From NCBI GenBank assembly GCA_035499855.1, contig DATJXY010000027.1:7489-71488 (forward strand): DNA of 64,000 bases. The letters are read 5' to 3'. Made by a program: the position numbers and the translations under genes. The stretch is from Puia sp. GTDB taxonomy: Bacteria > Bacteroidota > Bacteroidia > Chitinophagales > Chitinophagaceae. Below the pieces are notes generated by a model. That model searched no databases and was not told where the DNA came from. It saw only the letters and a program-made list of their open reading frames with translations. Positions 40,341-50,336 of the stretch are shown here, one piece after another (position 1 is the stretch's first letter; each line of letters starts with the position of its first letter).

Positions 40341-40356
40341 GCAAAACAGATGCCAA
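40341..40356 (-). promoter_or_regulatory. sigma54 (-24/-12) promoter
   Basis: TTGGCATCTGTTTTGC = GG-N10-GC, matches TGGCAC-N5-TTGC. Confidence 0.6.
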
Positions 40357-40520
40357 TATTATCGGAGCTACTGTTATAGGCGTCTTAAAGAACTCACACC
40401 AAATTTACGAACACATTTAATATTTGAATTTGGAGTTCCTCTATAATAACATTTTTTTAGCGATTGCTAAGAAAATGTTAGAGAGGTTATCTTCCCGCAA
40501 AAATCAAAGAGCTCTACATA

Positions 40521-40550
40521 TTAGACGTAAAAAAAACAAGAAAGTTTACA
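40521..40550 (-). promoter_or_regulatory. ECF-sigma-type promoter
   Basis: TGTAAAC-N16-CGTCTAA (AAC/CGT consensus). Confidence 0.4.
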
Positions 40551-40626
40551 TTGTAAAGTTAAAAAATACTAAATGACTTAATTTTTTTTAACCGTTAAAT
40601 AATTCTCTAATCCTCACGGTTAGATT

Positions 40627-40748
40627 CCGATAGTTTCGGGGGACATAATTCTGAAGAAATATTGAAGGGGCCTGTCTATATTATTACACGGCTTTGTAGA
40701 ATAAGCTCAACAGGGAGTCCTGACTTTCTTAAACTTCCAAACTATCGG
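40627..40748. repeat. inverted repeat, probably a degenerate octamer-type element
   Basis: CCGATAGTTT (40627-40636) / AAACTATCGG (40739-40748), perfect 10 bp. Confidence 0.45.
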
Positions 40749-40764
40749 TATACGAGAAATGATT

Positions 40765-41829
40765 TTAGTTTTGTTTCGCCATCTTTTCTGCATTTTCAGC
40801 GAACTGCAATGCATCAATAAATTCCTGGATATTACCATTTAATATGTCAGTCAGATTGTAAGCGGTAAGTCCAATCCGGTGATCCGTAACCCGGCCCTGC
40901 GGAAAATTATAGGTTCTGATCTTCGCGCTTCTATCACCGGTGCTAACCAAACTTTTCCGATGCCTGGCAATTTCTTCTTCCTGCTTGCGAACCTGTTCTT
41001 CATAGAGTTTGGTGCGAAGCATCTGCATCGCTTTTTCTCGGTTACCTAACTGGGTTCTTTCGGTCTGACAAACGACCACAGTTCCAGTCGGAATATGGGT
41101 TAATAATACTTTGGTTTCCACTTTATTTACATTCTGTCCACCTGCGCCTCCACTCCTGGCAGTTTCCATTTTCACATCACTTTCCTTCAATTCAAAATCC
41201 ACTTCTTCAGCTTCCGGCATTACCGCCACGGTAGCAGCACTGGTATGGACACGCCCGCTTTGTTCGGTATCGGGTACCCGCTGAACACGATGAACTCCAC
41301 TCTCGAATTTCAGAGTGCCATATACATCATCCCCGGTTACTTCAACCTGCACCTCTTTATATCCGCCCACCGTACCTTCACTCTCGCTGAGTATAGCTGT
41401 TCTCCATCCTTTCTTTTCACTATACTTTAAATACATACGTAAAAGGTCACCCGCAAAAAGGCTTGCTTCATCTCCCCCGGTTCCCGCTCTGATTTCAAGG
41501 ATAGCATTTTTTTCATCCTGGGGATCTTTGGGAATAAGCAACTGTCGGATAGCAGCTTCCAGTTTTTCCTTTTTTTCATTTAAACCCGGTGCTTCTGCTT
41601 TAGCCAGATCTCTTAATTCTGCATCTTCTCCATTCAAAGCTTCTTTATTGAATTCGATATCATCCAGCAGCTTTTTATATTCTTCATAGGATTGAACAAT
41701 TTTTTCCAGGCTACGATATTCCTTACTCGTTTCCGTAAACTTTCGGTTATCATTAACGATATCCGGATTAGTGAGCGCCACTCCCAAATCTTCAAATCTG
41801 GCCTTAATAGCCTCCAGTTTATCTATCAT
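40765..41829 (-). CDS. prfA: peptide chain release factor 1
   Basis: [30 protein letters not shown] (GGQ), [15 protein letters not shown]. Confidence 0.97.
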   Translation of the reverse strand: MIDKLEAIKARFEDLGVALTNPDIVNDNRKFTETSKEYRSLEKIVQSYEEYKKLLDDIEFNKEALNGEDAELRDLAKAEAPGLNEKKEKLEAAIRQLLIPKDPQDEKNAILEIRAGTGGDEASLFAGDLLRMYLKYSEKKGWRTAILSESEGTVGGYKEVQVEVTGDDVYGTLKFESGVHRVQRVPDTEQSGRVHTSAATVAVMPEAEEVDFELKESDVKMETARSGGAGGQNVNKVETKVLLTHIPTGTVVVCQTERTQLGNREKAMQMLRTKLYEEQVRKQEEEIARHRKSLVSTGDRSAKIRTYNFPQGRVTDHRIGLTAYNLTDILNGNIQEFIDALQFAENAEKMAKQN

Positions 41830-41948
41830 AGTTTACCTATTTTTATGCCTGACTGAAAATTGCCCATCTGATTTTGACCCGATCTTTTGACAGGCATCTT
41901 TCGAAGATCAGAAGTAAAAGTTTGCAAAGTTAATTGTTTCAGAATTTA

Positions 41949-43151
41949 ATGACTTATAGAAAATTCAGTGCAGATCATCTATTTACCGGCTATGAAATGC
42001 TGGACGATCATTATGTTTTAATTGTCTCATCCGATGGAACAATCCAGGATATCCGACAAAAAACAAATACTGATGACCAGATAGAATCTTTTCATGGAAT
42101 CCTATGTCCCGGCTTTATCAACAGTCATTGCCATCTCGAGCTCAGTCATATGAAGGAATTGATTCCGGAACAAAAAGGGTTGGTAGATTTTGTTTTTGCT
42201 GTCGTCACCCAGCGTCATTTTCCCCAGGAAGAAATTTATGACGCGATCTCCCGGGCAGAAGAGGAAATGCTGAATCGCGGAATTGTAGCAGTCGGGGATA
42301 TATGTAACAACGCCGACACTATTGCCCAAAAAAGAAAAGGAAGATTAAAGTATTATAATTTTATCGAAGTGAGCGGATGGTCTCCACAGATTGCAGAGAG
42401 CCGGTTTTCGAAGAGTAAGTCTTTTTTTGATTCTTTCAGAAATATTTCTTTTTCGGACCCGGGCCAGAAGCTTTCAATGGCGCCACATGCGCCCTATTCG
42501 GTTTCAGATCCTCTATGGGATTTGATCATTCCTTTCTTTCGAAATAAAACAACCTCGATCCATAACCAGGAATCGCGTTTCGAGAACGAATTTTTTATAA
42601 GAGGTTCCGGCGATTTTACCAGGATGTATGAACTGATGAATATTGATAACAGCTTTTTTAAACCGAGTGGAAAGAGCAGCCTTCAGTCATATCTTCCAAA
42701 ATTAAAAGATGCAGCCAATACCATTCTTGTTCATAACACCTTTATTCAGGAAGAAGATATAAACTATTCTCTGGCTGTCGAAGAACAATCGCGGAGCGGA
42801 ACTAATCTGTTTTTTTGTGTTTGCGCAAATGCGAATCTTTATATAGAGAACAAAGTTCCTCCTATTGATTTGTTACGAAAACATGGTTCCAAGATTGTGC
42901 TTGGAACCGATAGCCTGGCAAGCAATCACCAGCTGGACATATTGGCTGAAATAAAAACAATTCATCAGTACTTTCCGGAAATTCCATTGAATGAATTATT
43001 GCAATGGGCAACGATCAATGGAGCTGGTTCATTACAAATGGATGATGTTTTGGGAAGTTTTACAAAAGGGAAAAAACCGGGAATTGTATTGATAGAAAAT
43101 ATAAATGGTCTCAAACCGGATAAGAGTAGTATAGCCAGAAAAATTCTGTAA
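41949..43151 (+). CDS. metal-dependent amidohydrolase (SsnA/MTA-SAH deaminase-like)
   Basis: PGFINSHCHLELS, PHAPYS, IHNQES, GTDSLASN. Confidence 0.88.
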   Translation: MTYRKFSADHLFTGYEMLDDHYVLIVSSDGTIQDIRQKTNTDDQIESFHGILCPGFINSHCHLELSHMKELIPEQKGLVDFVFAVVTQRHFPQEEIYDAISRAEEEMLNRGIVAVGDICNNADTIAQKRKGRLKYYNFIEVSGWSPQIAESRFSKSKSFFDSFRNISFSDPGQKLSMAPHAPYSVSDPLWDLIIPFFRNKTTSIHNQESRFENEFFIRGSGDFTRMYELMNIDNSFFKPSGKSSLQSYLPKLKDAANTILVHNTFIQEEDINYSLAVEEQSRSGTNLFFCVCANANLYIENKVPPIDLLRKHGSKIVLGTDSLASNHQLDILAEIKTIHQYFPEIPLNELLQWATINGAGSLQMDDVLGSFTKGKKPGIVLIENINGLKPDKSSIARKIL

Positions 43152-43193
43152 ACCTGGTTTATTGAGAGAAAGAGAATTTTTAATGGCTGACTA

Positions 43194-43937
43194 CTACGCA
43201 TCCGCCAAAACTGTCTGCAATACCGGCAAGGTTTTCATGGGACCAAAATCCTGAATATGGAGGGTATAAAAAATCTGGTAGGCCTGCAACAGAATTCTTC
43301 TTTTTTCCTGGTTCAGTTTGATTTGCTTCAATTCCTGTGGCTGCATTATCTTAAGCAGTTGTGAAGTGATATAACTATATTCTCCTTCCAGAAAATCCAT
43401 ATGATTGGGTTGATCCGCCACGAACAAGCCTTCTCTCAGATCAACAAATGATTTTTCTTCGGAATAATTATCCTGTATTCGCAATCCAAAAAAGGATGCA
43501 AGATGCAAGGCGAAGAATAGCGGAAAATTTGCTACGACAGATTCATCTGCCTCGTCCAGGTAGATAAATGCATCCTCTGAAAAATGATAAAGATCAGTAT
43601 TTGACTCCGGTTGTTTCAGGCATTTTTGCAATAGTTCAATCATAAAAAGTGCTACTGCATTCTTGAGTACATTAAAAAAAATATGCTGGTATAAATATCC
43701 CCATTTAAATTCCCTGAGTCGTTGCAGGTTTTTCAATTCATTGTGATAAACCACGAGATCAAGGATTGCAGATGGTTGAAATAAATTAGCTTTTGAGGAT
43801 CCTTTTTTAGAAGCAGTTCTTACACCATTTACCAAATAAGATTGCAATCCGAACAATTCAGTAAAAATGGCGACAATCACACTGGTTTCACCATATTTTA
43901 CCACGCGCAATACAATTCCTTTTGTTTTATCGATCAT
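43194..43937 (-). CDS. recO: DNA repair protein RecO
   Basis: KTKGIVLRVVKYGETSVIVAIFTELFG. Confidence 0.92.
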   Translation of the reverse strand: MIDKTKGIVLRVVKYGETSVIVAIFTELFGLQSYLVNGVRTASKKGSSKANLFQPSAILDLVVYHNELKNLQRLREFKWGYLYQHIFFNVLKNAVALFMIELLQKCLKQPESNTDLYHFSEDAFIYLDEADESVVANFPLFFALHLASFFGLRIQDNYSEEKSFVDLREGLFVADQPNHMDFLEGEYSYITSQLLKIMQPQELKQIKLNQEKRRILLQAYQIFYTLHIQDFGPMKTLPVLQTVLADA

Positions 43938-44034
43938 AAACCTGATGATTCACCGTTTCTTACCGAAAAGATAAAATTCGGCTAAAATAAGTTTCTTTGT
44001 AGAATAATCATATCTAATTTAATCATTCATTATC

Positions 44035-46368
44035 ATGTGGGAATCTATCGCCCGGTTCGTTCTTAAATTCAGATTGGCATTGTTATTAGCTCTGATTGTT
44101 CTTACCGGCCTGATGGCCCATCATGCATCGAGGGTCCAAATGAGTTATGATTTTATAAAGGCAATTCCTACCAATAATCCGAAATATGTCACTTATCAGG
44201 CCTTCCGGAAAAAATTCGGAGAAGATGGAAATCTTTTGGTGATAGGAGTTCAGACAGATAAATTGTTTGAGAAAGATATCTTCAACGACTATATTAAACT
44301 AAATAACCAGATAAAAAAAATTACTGGTGTAGAACAGGTTCTAAGTGTCCCCTACGCAATTAAACTGGTAAAAAAAGACAGCCAGGAAAAATTGCAATCA
44401 CTTCCTCTATTTGCTGAAAATTATACTGACCAATCTATACTCGACAGTAACAAGAAGGAGCTTTTCAATTTGATTTTCTATCGCGGACTTCTTTATAACC
44501 CTGAAACAAATGCCTACCTGATAGGGATCAATATAAACAAGAATATTCTCAATTCTGCCAAAAGGAATATCGTAGTTGACTCGATTGTAAAAACCGGAAA
44601 TGCATTTGGAGAAAAGCATCAATTGCAAATGCATTATAGCGGTCTTCCTTTGATCCGCACCAATATGGCTACCAAAATCGCTACGGAGATGAAATGGTTT
44701 CTATTCGGTTCAATTATCCTCTCCGCTTTTATCCTGTTATTATTTTTCAGAAGCATCAGCTCAATGCTGCTTTCCCTGGTAGTCGTTGGAATTGGAGTAG
44801 TATTTAGTCTTGGTACAATGGATTTGTTCGGTTATAAAATCACAATATTAAATGCATTGATTCCTCCACTAATTGTGGTCATTGGAATTCCCAATTGCAT
44901 TTATTTCCTGAATAAATATCATACGAGTTTTAAGGAGACCGGGGATAAGAAAAAAGCTTTATTTGAAATGATCCGGCGAATGGGAGTAGTTACCTTGTTT
45001 TGCAATATCACTGCTGCGATTGGTTTCGGCGTATTTGCACTCACAGCCAGTGCTATTTTGAAGGAATTCGGTGTTGTGGCAGGTATCAATATTATGCTGC
45101 TGTTTTTTATTTCAGTGATCCTGATTCCAGCCACTCTCAGTTATTTGCCTGAGGCAACGCCAAAGCATATGCGCTATTTAACCAACAGGTGGTTGACCGC
45201 GATATTAAACAGGCTAGAAATCTGGTCGCTCAACCACAAAAAATTAATCTATGGAATAACTCTGATTGTGGTAATTGTTTCTATTGCCGGGATGTTCCGG
45301 CTTCGGTCAGAAGGATTTATTGTAGATGACCTTCCCAAAACAGATCCGATTTATACCGATCTTAAATTTTTTGAAAAAAATTTCAAAGGTGTGATGCCTC
45401 TTGAAATTATTGTAGATACAAAAAAGAAAAATGGTTTACGCGCCAATATGCTCCAGACATTTGAAAAGATCGATCAGCTATCTGGTTATATTGCTTCCAA
45501 TCCCGTGATGGCTCGCCCTTTATCTGTTGTTGAAGGATTAAAATTTGTCCGTCAGGCTTACTACAATAACGATAGTTCCGATTACGGATTGCCAAATCAG
45601 TTTGATATCAGTTTTCTTGCTCCTTATATCAATATGAAGGGCGATAGCGCCAATAAAAAAACCATGTTGGCGAAATTGATCAATAGCTTTATGGACAGCA
45701 CAAAACAGGAGGCGAGGATCAGTGTAAATATGGCCGACGTTGGCAGCAAACGCCTTCCGGAAATATTAAACGATATTGAAAAAAAATCTTCTGAATTATT
45801 TGATTCCTCAAAATATAATATTCAGCTGACCGGAAGCAGTGTGACTTTCCTCGAAGGAAGCACATTCATCATCAATGGTCTTAAGCAAAGCATTTTATGG
45901 GCCTTTTTATTAATTGCTGTCTGCATGTTATACCTCTTCAGGTCTTTGCGAATACTTTTTTGTTCACTGATCCCGAATATTATTCCATTGGTGATTACTG
46001 CCGGTGTGATGGGATGGACAGGGATTGCACTGAAACCATCTACTGTTCTGGTCTTCAGCATCGCCCTTGGCATTGCCATCGATATTACAATCCGTTTTCT
46101 TGTTAATTACAAGCAGGAGTTGGTACAAAGTGGTGCAGGTACGAAGCAGACGGTCATCAATACTATTCATACAACAGGTATCAGTATTATTTATACTTCC
46201 CTGGTACTGATTGCAGGATTCGTGATATTCTGCTTTAGTGGATTTGGGGGAACGAAGGCGCTCGGCTGGCTGACTTCACTAACATTGGTGATGGCAACGC
46301 TCACAAATCTAATCTTCCTCCCGGCATTGTTGTTGACTTTATCGGGTGGAAAGAGGGAAAAGAGCTAA
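44035..46368 (+). CDS. MMPL/RND family transporter
   Basis: Two-fold internal repeat of TM blocks; GIPNCIYFLNKY; LGIAIDITIRF. Confidence 0.85.
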   Translation: MWESIARFVLKFRLALLLALIVLTGLMAHHASRVQMSYDFIKAIPTNNPKYVTYQAFRKKFGEDGNLLVIGVQTDKLFEKDIFNDYIKLNNQIKKITGVEQVLSVPYAIKLVKKDSQEKLQSLPLFAENYTDQSILDSNKKELFNLIFYRGLLYNPETNAYLIGININKNILNSAKRNIVVDSIVKTGNAFGEKHQLQMHYSGLPLIRTNMATKIATEMKWFLFGSIILSAFILLLFFRSISSMLLSLVVVGIGVVFSLGTMDLFGYKITILNALIPPLIVVIGIPNCIYFLNKYHTSFKETGDKKKALFEMIRRMGVVTLFCNITAAIGFGVFALTASAILKEFGVVAGINIMLLFFISVILIPATLSYLPEATPKHMRYLTNRWLTAILNRLEIWSLNHKKLIYGITLIVVIVSIAGMFRLRSEGFIVDDLPKTDPIYTDLKFFEKNFKGVMPLEIIVDTKKKNGLRANMLQTFEKIDQLSGYIASNPVMARPLSVVEGLKFVRQAYYNNDSSDYGLPNQFDISFLAPYINMKGDSANKKTMLAKLINSFMDSTKQEARISVNMADVGSKRLPEILNDIEKKSSELFDSSKYNIQLTGSSVTFLEGSTFIINGLKQSILWAFLLIAVCMLYLFRSLRILFCSLIPNIIPLVITAGVMGWTGIALKPSTVLVFSIALGIAIDITIRFLVNYKQELVQSGAGTKQTVINTIHTTGISIIYTSLVLIAGFVIFCFSGFGGTKALGWLTSLTLVMATLTNLIFLPALLLTLSGGKREKS

Positions 46369-46435
46369 TTTTTTTCGCACAAAGCTAAAGGAGAAAAGGG
46401 GGGAATTCTCTTTTCCTCTGTTAGCCCTGTGCGAA
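46352..46435. repeat. imperfect palindrome at the convergent MMPL/TlpA junction
   Basis: AGAGGGAAAAGAG (46352-46364) / CTCTTTTCCTCT (46408-46419); TTCGCAC / GTGCGAA outer pair. Confidence 0.5.
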
Positions 46436-46437
46436 TA

Positions 46438-47625
46438 CTATCTTAAAACTTCTTTCAGCTTATTTTCAAGATTATCTCCCCTCAATTCCTGGGCAATGAT
46501 TTTTCCCTGTGGATCGACCAATACATTAAAAGGTATGCCTTCGAATTTGAAAATATTCACTGCTTCGCTATTCCAATATTTCAGATCGCTTACATGTGTC
46601 CATGCCAGCTTATCATCTTTGATCGCCTGCACCCATGGATCTTTTTCCTTATCCAGGGAAACACCTAGAATGGTAAAGTTTTTATTTTTGAATTCATCAT
46701 ACACTCTGACAACATTCGGGTTTTCCATCCGGCAGGGTCCGCACCAACTGGCCCAGAAATCAACCAGCACGTATTTCCCTTTGAAGGAAGACAGAGAAAT
46801 ATTTTTTCCATTTACATCCGGTAAACTCAATTCAGGGGCCTGTTTTCCTATCCAGCTATTTTCGTTGATCTTTTTCTCCGCTTCGGCCTGTTGCATATCA
46901 TAGCTCTTTTTCATGTTTTGAAGGACTGTGTTATCAGGAAATTTTTTCTGCAAATCATTTAACGCTGTTTCAAAATCAGATTTGGAAAGACTGCGTCCCC
47001 AGCTCAAAGCCAATATGCCCAGGGTGGGATTCGAACTTGTGCTGATAAAATGCTTCAGATAATTATTCAAGCCATCAATTGCATTATTCTTTAGTTGGGT
47101 AGCTGCAATCGTCACGCTGTCGGATGCATTCATCCGCTTGAGACTATCCAGGTCAGCAAATGCTTTTTCAACCTCATAATTTTTCTGACCGATATTACTG
47201 ATCAGCTCCTGCAATTGTTTGCTGGCATCAGAACCACTCACCTGATAGAAATCATCCCTCCTGCCCAAATCTATATTCAATTTGATTTCCTTCGCATCAT
47301 TGATCAAAGGGACTTCAAGAAGGTTTTCACCAAAAACTATTTCATAAATACCTTCCGATTTACCCATGCCCCTTAGTAAGATTGTGCCGCTATTGCCTGA
47401 TAATTTTGAGGAATCTAATGTAAGAGGTGACTGGTCACGGCCATATGGCACTTCCTGCAAATAAACTTTTATTGCGCTCTTATTCGGAGAAGAAAATGGT
47501 GAAATCAGTTTATCGGCATTGGAGAAAGATATGCTTACCTGAAAAGTATTTTTGGATGTCTGTTTGCATGAAAAAGAAAACAAAATTAATCCTACTATAA
47601 ATCTAACTGAAAATTTTTTTAACAT
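46438..47625 (-). CDS. TlpA/ResA family thiol-disulfide oxidoreductase lipoprotein
   Basis: FSC lipobox-like site; LVDFWASWCGPCRMENP. Confidence 0.92.
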   Translation of the reverse strand: MLKKFSVRFIVGLILFSFSCKQTSKNTFQVSISFSNADKLISPFSSPNKSAIKVYLQEVPYGRDQSPLTLDSSKLSGNSGTILLRGMGKSEGIYEIVFGENLLEVPLINDAKEIKLNIDLGRRDDFYQVSGSDASKQLQELISNIGQKNYEVEKAFADLDSLKRMNASDSVTIAATQLKNNAIDGLNNYLKHFISTSSNPTLGILALSWGRSLSKSDFETALNDLQKKFPDNTVLQNMKKSYDMQQAEAEKKINENSWIGKQAPELSLPDVNGKNISLSSFKGKYVLVDFWASWCGPCRMENPNVVRVYDEFKNKNFTILGVSLDKEKDPWVQAIKDDKLAWTHVSDLKYWNSEAVNIFKFEGIPFNVLVDPQGKIIAQELRGDNLENKLKEVLR

Positions 47626-47665
47626 ACTCGATCTATTTCTTTTTAAAAAACTTTATTTCGATTGA

Positions 47666-49117
47666 TCAACCATCCAGTTTTTCCAATAATAATTTATTTG
47701 TCAGTTTTGGATCTGCCTTACCCCTGGATATTTTTTTTACTTCTCCTACAAATAAACCAATCAATCCCTTTTTTCCTTTTTTATATTCCATGACTTTATC
47801 CGGCATTTTTGCAAGTGCCTGATCTACCCATGAAGCAATTTCCTGAGCATCCGAACTCTGTAAAAGATTCAGGTTTGTAATAATCAGCAAAGGCTCTTCA
47901 TCTGGTTTTTTGATCAATTCAGGAAAAATGCGTGAAGACGCAGTAGAAAAATTCAACATTTCTTCATCCACCAGTTTTATCAATTGCGCAATTTTTTTTG
48001 CCGGAACTACAAACTGGCTGATTGAAATATTGTTTTCATTCAGGTATGATTTTACCGGTCCCAATAACCAGTTTGCTGCCGCCTTATAATTTGTTGTTTC
48101 ATTGATCAATTGTTCAAAATAAGATGATGTTTCTTTATCATCACAAATTACGCGCGCATCATATTCAGAAAGATGAAGCGAACCTGTGTATCTCGCTACA
48201 AGTTCATCCGGTAAAGCGGGGATAGTTTCCCGAATCGATTCCAGAAATGAATCCGTTATCTGAAAAACAGGGAGATCGGGATCCGTGAAATAACGATAAT
48301 CATTTGCTTCTTCTTTAGTGCGAAGGGCAAAACTGGTTCCGTTTGCTGCGTCAAAACTCCTTGTTTGCTGAATAATCTTTTCATTATTTTCCACCAGTTC
48401 TATCATTCTTTTAGCCTCGTATTCGATAGCACGTTTCACATTCCGGATAGAATTCAGGTTTTTTACTTCTACCTTGGTTCCCAGTTGCTTTTCCCCTTTT
48501 TTACGAATAGAAACATTCGCATCACATCGCATACTTCCTTCTTCCATATTGCCATCACAAATTTCGAGATAGCGAAGCAGCTTGCGCAATTCTGTTAAGT
48601 ATGCAGATGCTTCTTCGCCACTGCTGATGCAAGGCTCAGTTACGATTTCAATTAGTGCAACACCTGCACGGTTATAATCGAGACAAGTATTCTCGGGATC
48701 AATATCATGTATACTTTTACCTGCATCTTCTTCCAGATGAATACGGTTCAGTTGTATATGCTTTTCTCCTTCAACCGTATTGATCTTTACAAAGCCTCCT
48801 TTACAGATGGGAGTCGTATGTTGGGAGATCTGATATCCTTTTGGTAAATCAGGATAGAAATAATTTTTTCGGGCAAAATAATTTTCCCGCTCTATTTCAG
48901 AATGGCAGGTCAATCCCATCTTAATTGCAAATTCCACTGCCTGTTTATTTAAAACCGGCAAAGTGCCTGGATATCCAAGTGTAATAGGACTGATATGGGT
49001 ATTGGGAACGCCGCCAAAAGCTGCGCTGTCGCCGGAAAACAATTTAGTTTTAGTCAATAACTGGGCATGAACTTCCAGTCCCACTACTATTTCATATACA
49101 CTATAATCGATTGCCAT
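47666..49117 (-). CDS. gatB: Asp-tRNA(Asn)/Glu-tRNA(Gln) amidotransferase subunit B
   Basis: VGLEVHAQL, RKNYFYPDLPKGYQISQ, HLEEDAGKS, RCDANVSIR. Confidence 0.97.
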   Translation of the reverse strand: MAIDYSVYEIVVGLEVHAQLLTKTKLFSGDSAAFGGVPNTHISPITLGYPGTLPVLNKQAVEFAIKMGLTCHSEIERENYFARKNYFYPDLPKGYQISQHTTPICKGGFVKINTVEGEKHIQLNRIHLEEDAGKSIHDIDPENTCLDYNRAGVALIEIVTEPCISSGEEASAYLTELRKLLRYLEICDGNMEEGSMRCDANVSIRKKGEKQLGTKVEVKNLNSIRNVKRAIEYEAKRMIELVENNEKIIQQTRSFDAANGTSFALRTKEEANDYRYFTDPDLPVFQITDSFLESIRETIPALPDELVARYTGSLHLSEYDARVICDDKETSSYFEQLINETTNYKAAANWLLGPVKSYLNENNISISQFVVPAKKIAQLIKLVDEEMLNFSTASSRIFPELIKKPDEEPLLIITNLNLLQSSDAQEIASWVDQALAKMPDKVMEYKKGKKGLIGLFVGEVKKISRGKADPKLTNKLLLEKLDG

Positions 49118-49208
49118 TTTTTGCTGATCAGGATTGCAAAAATACCTCATTCGTAGAGAATGACAGCTTTTCCAAAGTTTAAATCTTTGGAAAAGTTAAA
49201 CATCAAAA

Positions 49209-50195
49209 TTACAGGGCTAAAATCCTATCCAAATCTGTCTTATTCACCGTCAACAGATTCACAGACGGAAGACGTTTAGTGAGCTCCTTCCAATTCTTAT
49301 CCTTTGCGAATACCTTTTTTAAAATGGGCAGAGCTTTATCTACCTGTTTATTATTTGCCAGTGTGATTGCAGCCCAATATTGCATTTCAAGATTATCGGG
49401 AAACATCTTCATGGCAGCGCCATATTCCTGCATAGCTTTTGCCATATCATTTTTTTCTGTCGCCAGATCTCCGTTATTCATATGCAGGTAAGCAACCTGA
49501 ACTTTATAAAGACGTTTTAATTCTGTTAGGGGAGCAGGATTATCATCCACACGCACATCAATAATTCTGTCATTCCATGGCTTGCCGCTTGATTGCCCCG
49601 GGACTACCACGAGGGCCGCACTTTGTTTGCCTCGGATATCCCCTCCTGCAGCCTGTGCTGCATCCAAAGCATCTAAAATTCTTTCTGCCAAAGGTTTCCC
49701 TGCACTATGCATAAAAGCTTTTGCCATACTCTGGCATACCTGGTCGCCCAGCATCATATTACTCTGAACACTGAAATTATTCCCGGTTATATGCGAAGCA
49801 TATTGAATACAACCCTTACCAGTAAACGCTGCTACGCTTCCATTGTGATCAATGATAGCAACCTGCCTCACATCATGGCCGGGATCTGCTTTTGTCAGAC
49901 TGTCCAAAACCTGTTGCGCAGAAAATCCCTGCTTTAATAAAGCAAGCCCTTTATATCCATAAGATTTATCTATGAAAGATTGTGTAGCAATGGCGCCAAC
50001 TCCCGCTTCAGCCCAGGGCACCGAAGCGCCAACATTGAACCAATGGCTTTGAACTCCAACAGCCATTTCGCCAGAAGCCGTGTCCCTTGCCACAATTGAA
50101 AAAGTATGTGCGAATGATTGATCTTTTTTAAAGAATTGACTATAAGACGAAAATGTTGAGGATAATAAAAGACATACAAAAAAAATTCGTAGCAT
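49209..50195 (-). CDS. DUF1028-like Ntn-hydrolase-fold protein with C-terminal TPR-like helices
   Basis: TFSIVARD...VGVQSHWFNVG; GGDIRGKQSAAL; DVRVDDNPAPL. Confidence 0.85.
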   Translation of the reverse strand: MLRIFFVCLLLSSTFSSYSQFFKKDQSFAHTFSIVARDTASGEMAVGVQSHWFNVGASVPWAEAGVGAIATQSFIDKSYGYKGLALLKQGFSAQQVLDSLTKADPGHDVRQVAIIDHNGSVAAFTGKGCIQYASHITGNNFSVQSNMMLGDQVCQSMAKAFMHSAGKPLAERILDALDAAQAAGGDIRGKQSAALVVVPGQSSGKPWNDRIIDVRVDDNPAPLTELKRLYKVQVAYLHMNNGDLATEKNDMAKAMQEYGAAMKMFPDNLEMQYWAAITLANNKQVDKALPILKKVFAKDKNWKELTKRLPSVNLLTVNKTDLDRILAL

Positions 50196-50229
50196 GTGTA
50201 GTATTTTGTAATAAAAATACTGATAAAAA

Positions 50230-50311
50230 AACCGGAAGAATCAGTAAGCTTGAAAACAGGAATATGTTTATTTTGCCAGTCCTGTTTACATGGTCTTCCG
50301 AACTTCCGGTT
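50230..50311. repeat. degenerate octamer-type palindrome
   Basis: AACCGGAAG (50230-50238) / CTTCCGAA CTTCCGGTT (50295-50311). Confidence 0.45.
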
Positions 50312-50336
50312 CTTCGCTACTAACTTTATTATTAAT

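Noticed and set aside
40281-40379. 32-aa plus-strand ORF MRKLTALCSQIEKTICC...
   Set aside because: It runs antisense through a sigma54 promoter and terminator unit and has no plus-strand promoter evidence. Not called as a CDS, though not fully excluded.
46346-46903. 185-aa plus-strand ORF and the many other 60-200 aa shadow ORFs in the six-frame track
   Set aside because: They are antisense or out-of-frame to well-supported genes and have atypical composition.
47011-47045. tRNA-like GTTCGAATCCCACCCTGG on the minus strand
   Set aside because: The T-stem does not pair (ACAAG versus CCCAC), there is no D or anticodon arm, and it lies inside the TlpA coding frame.
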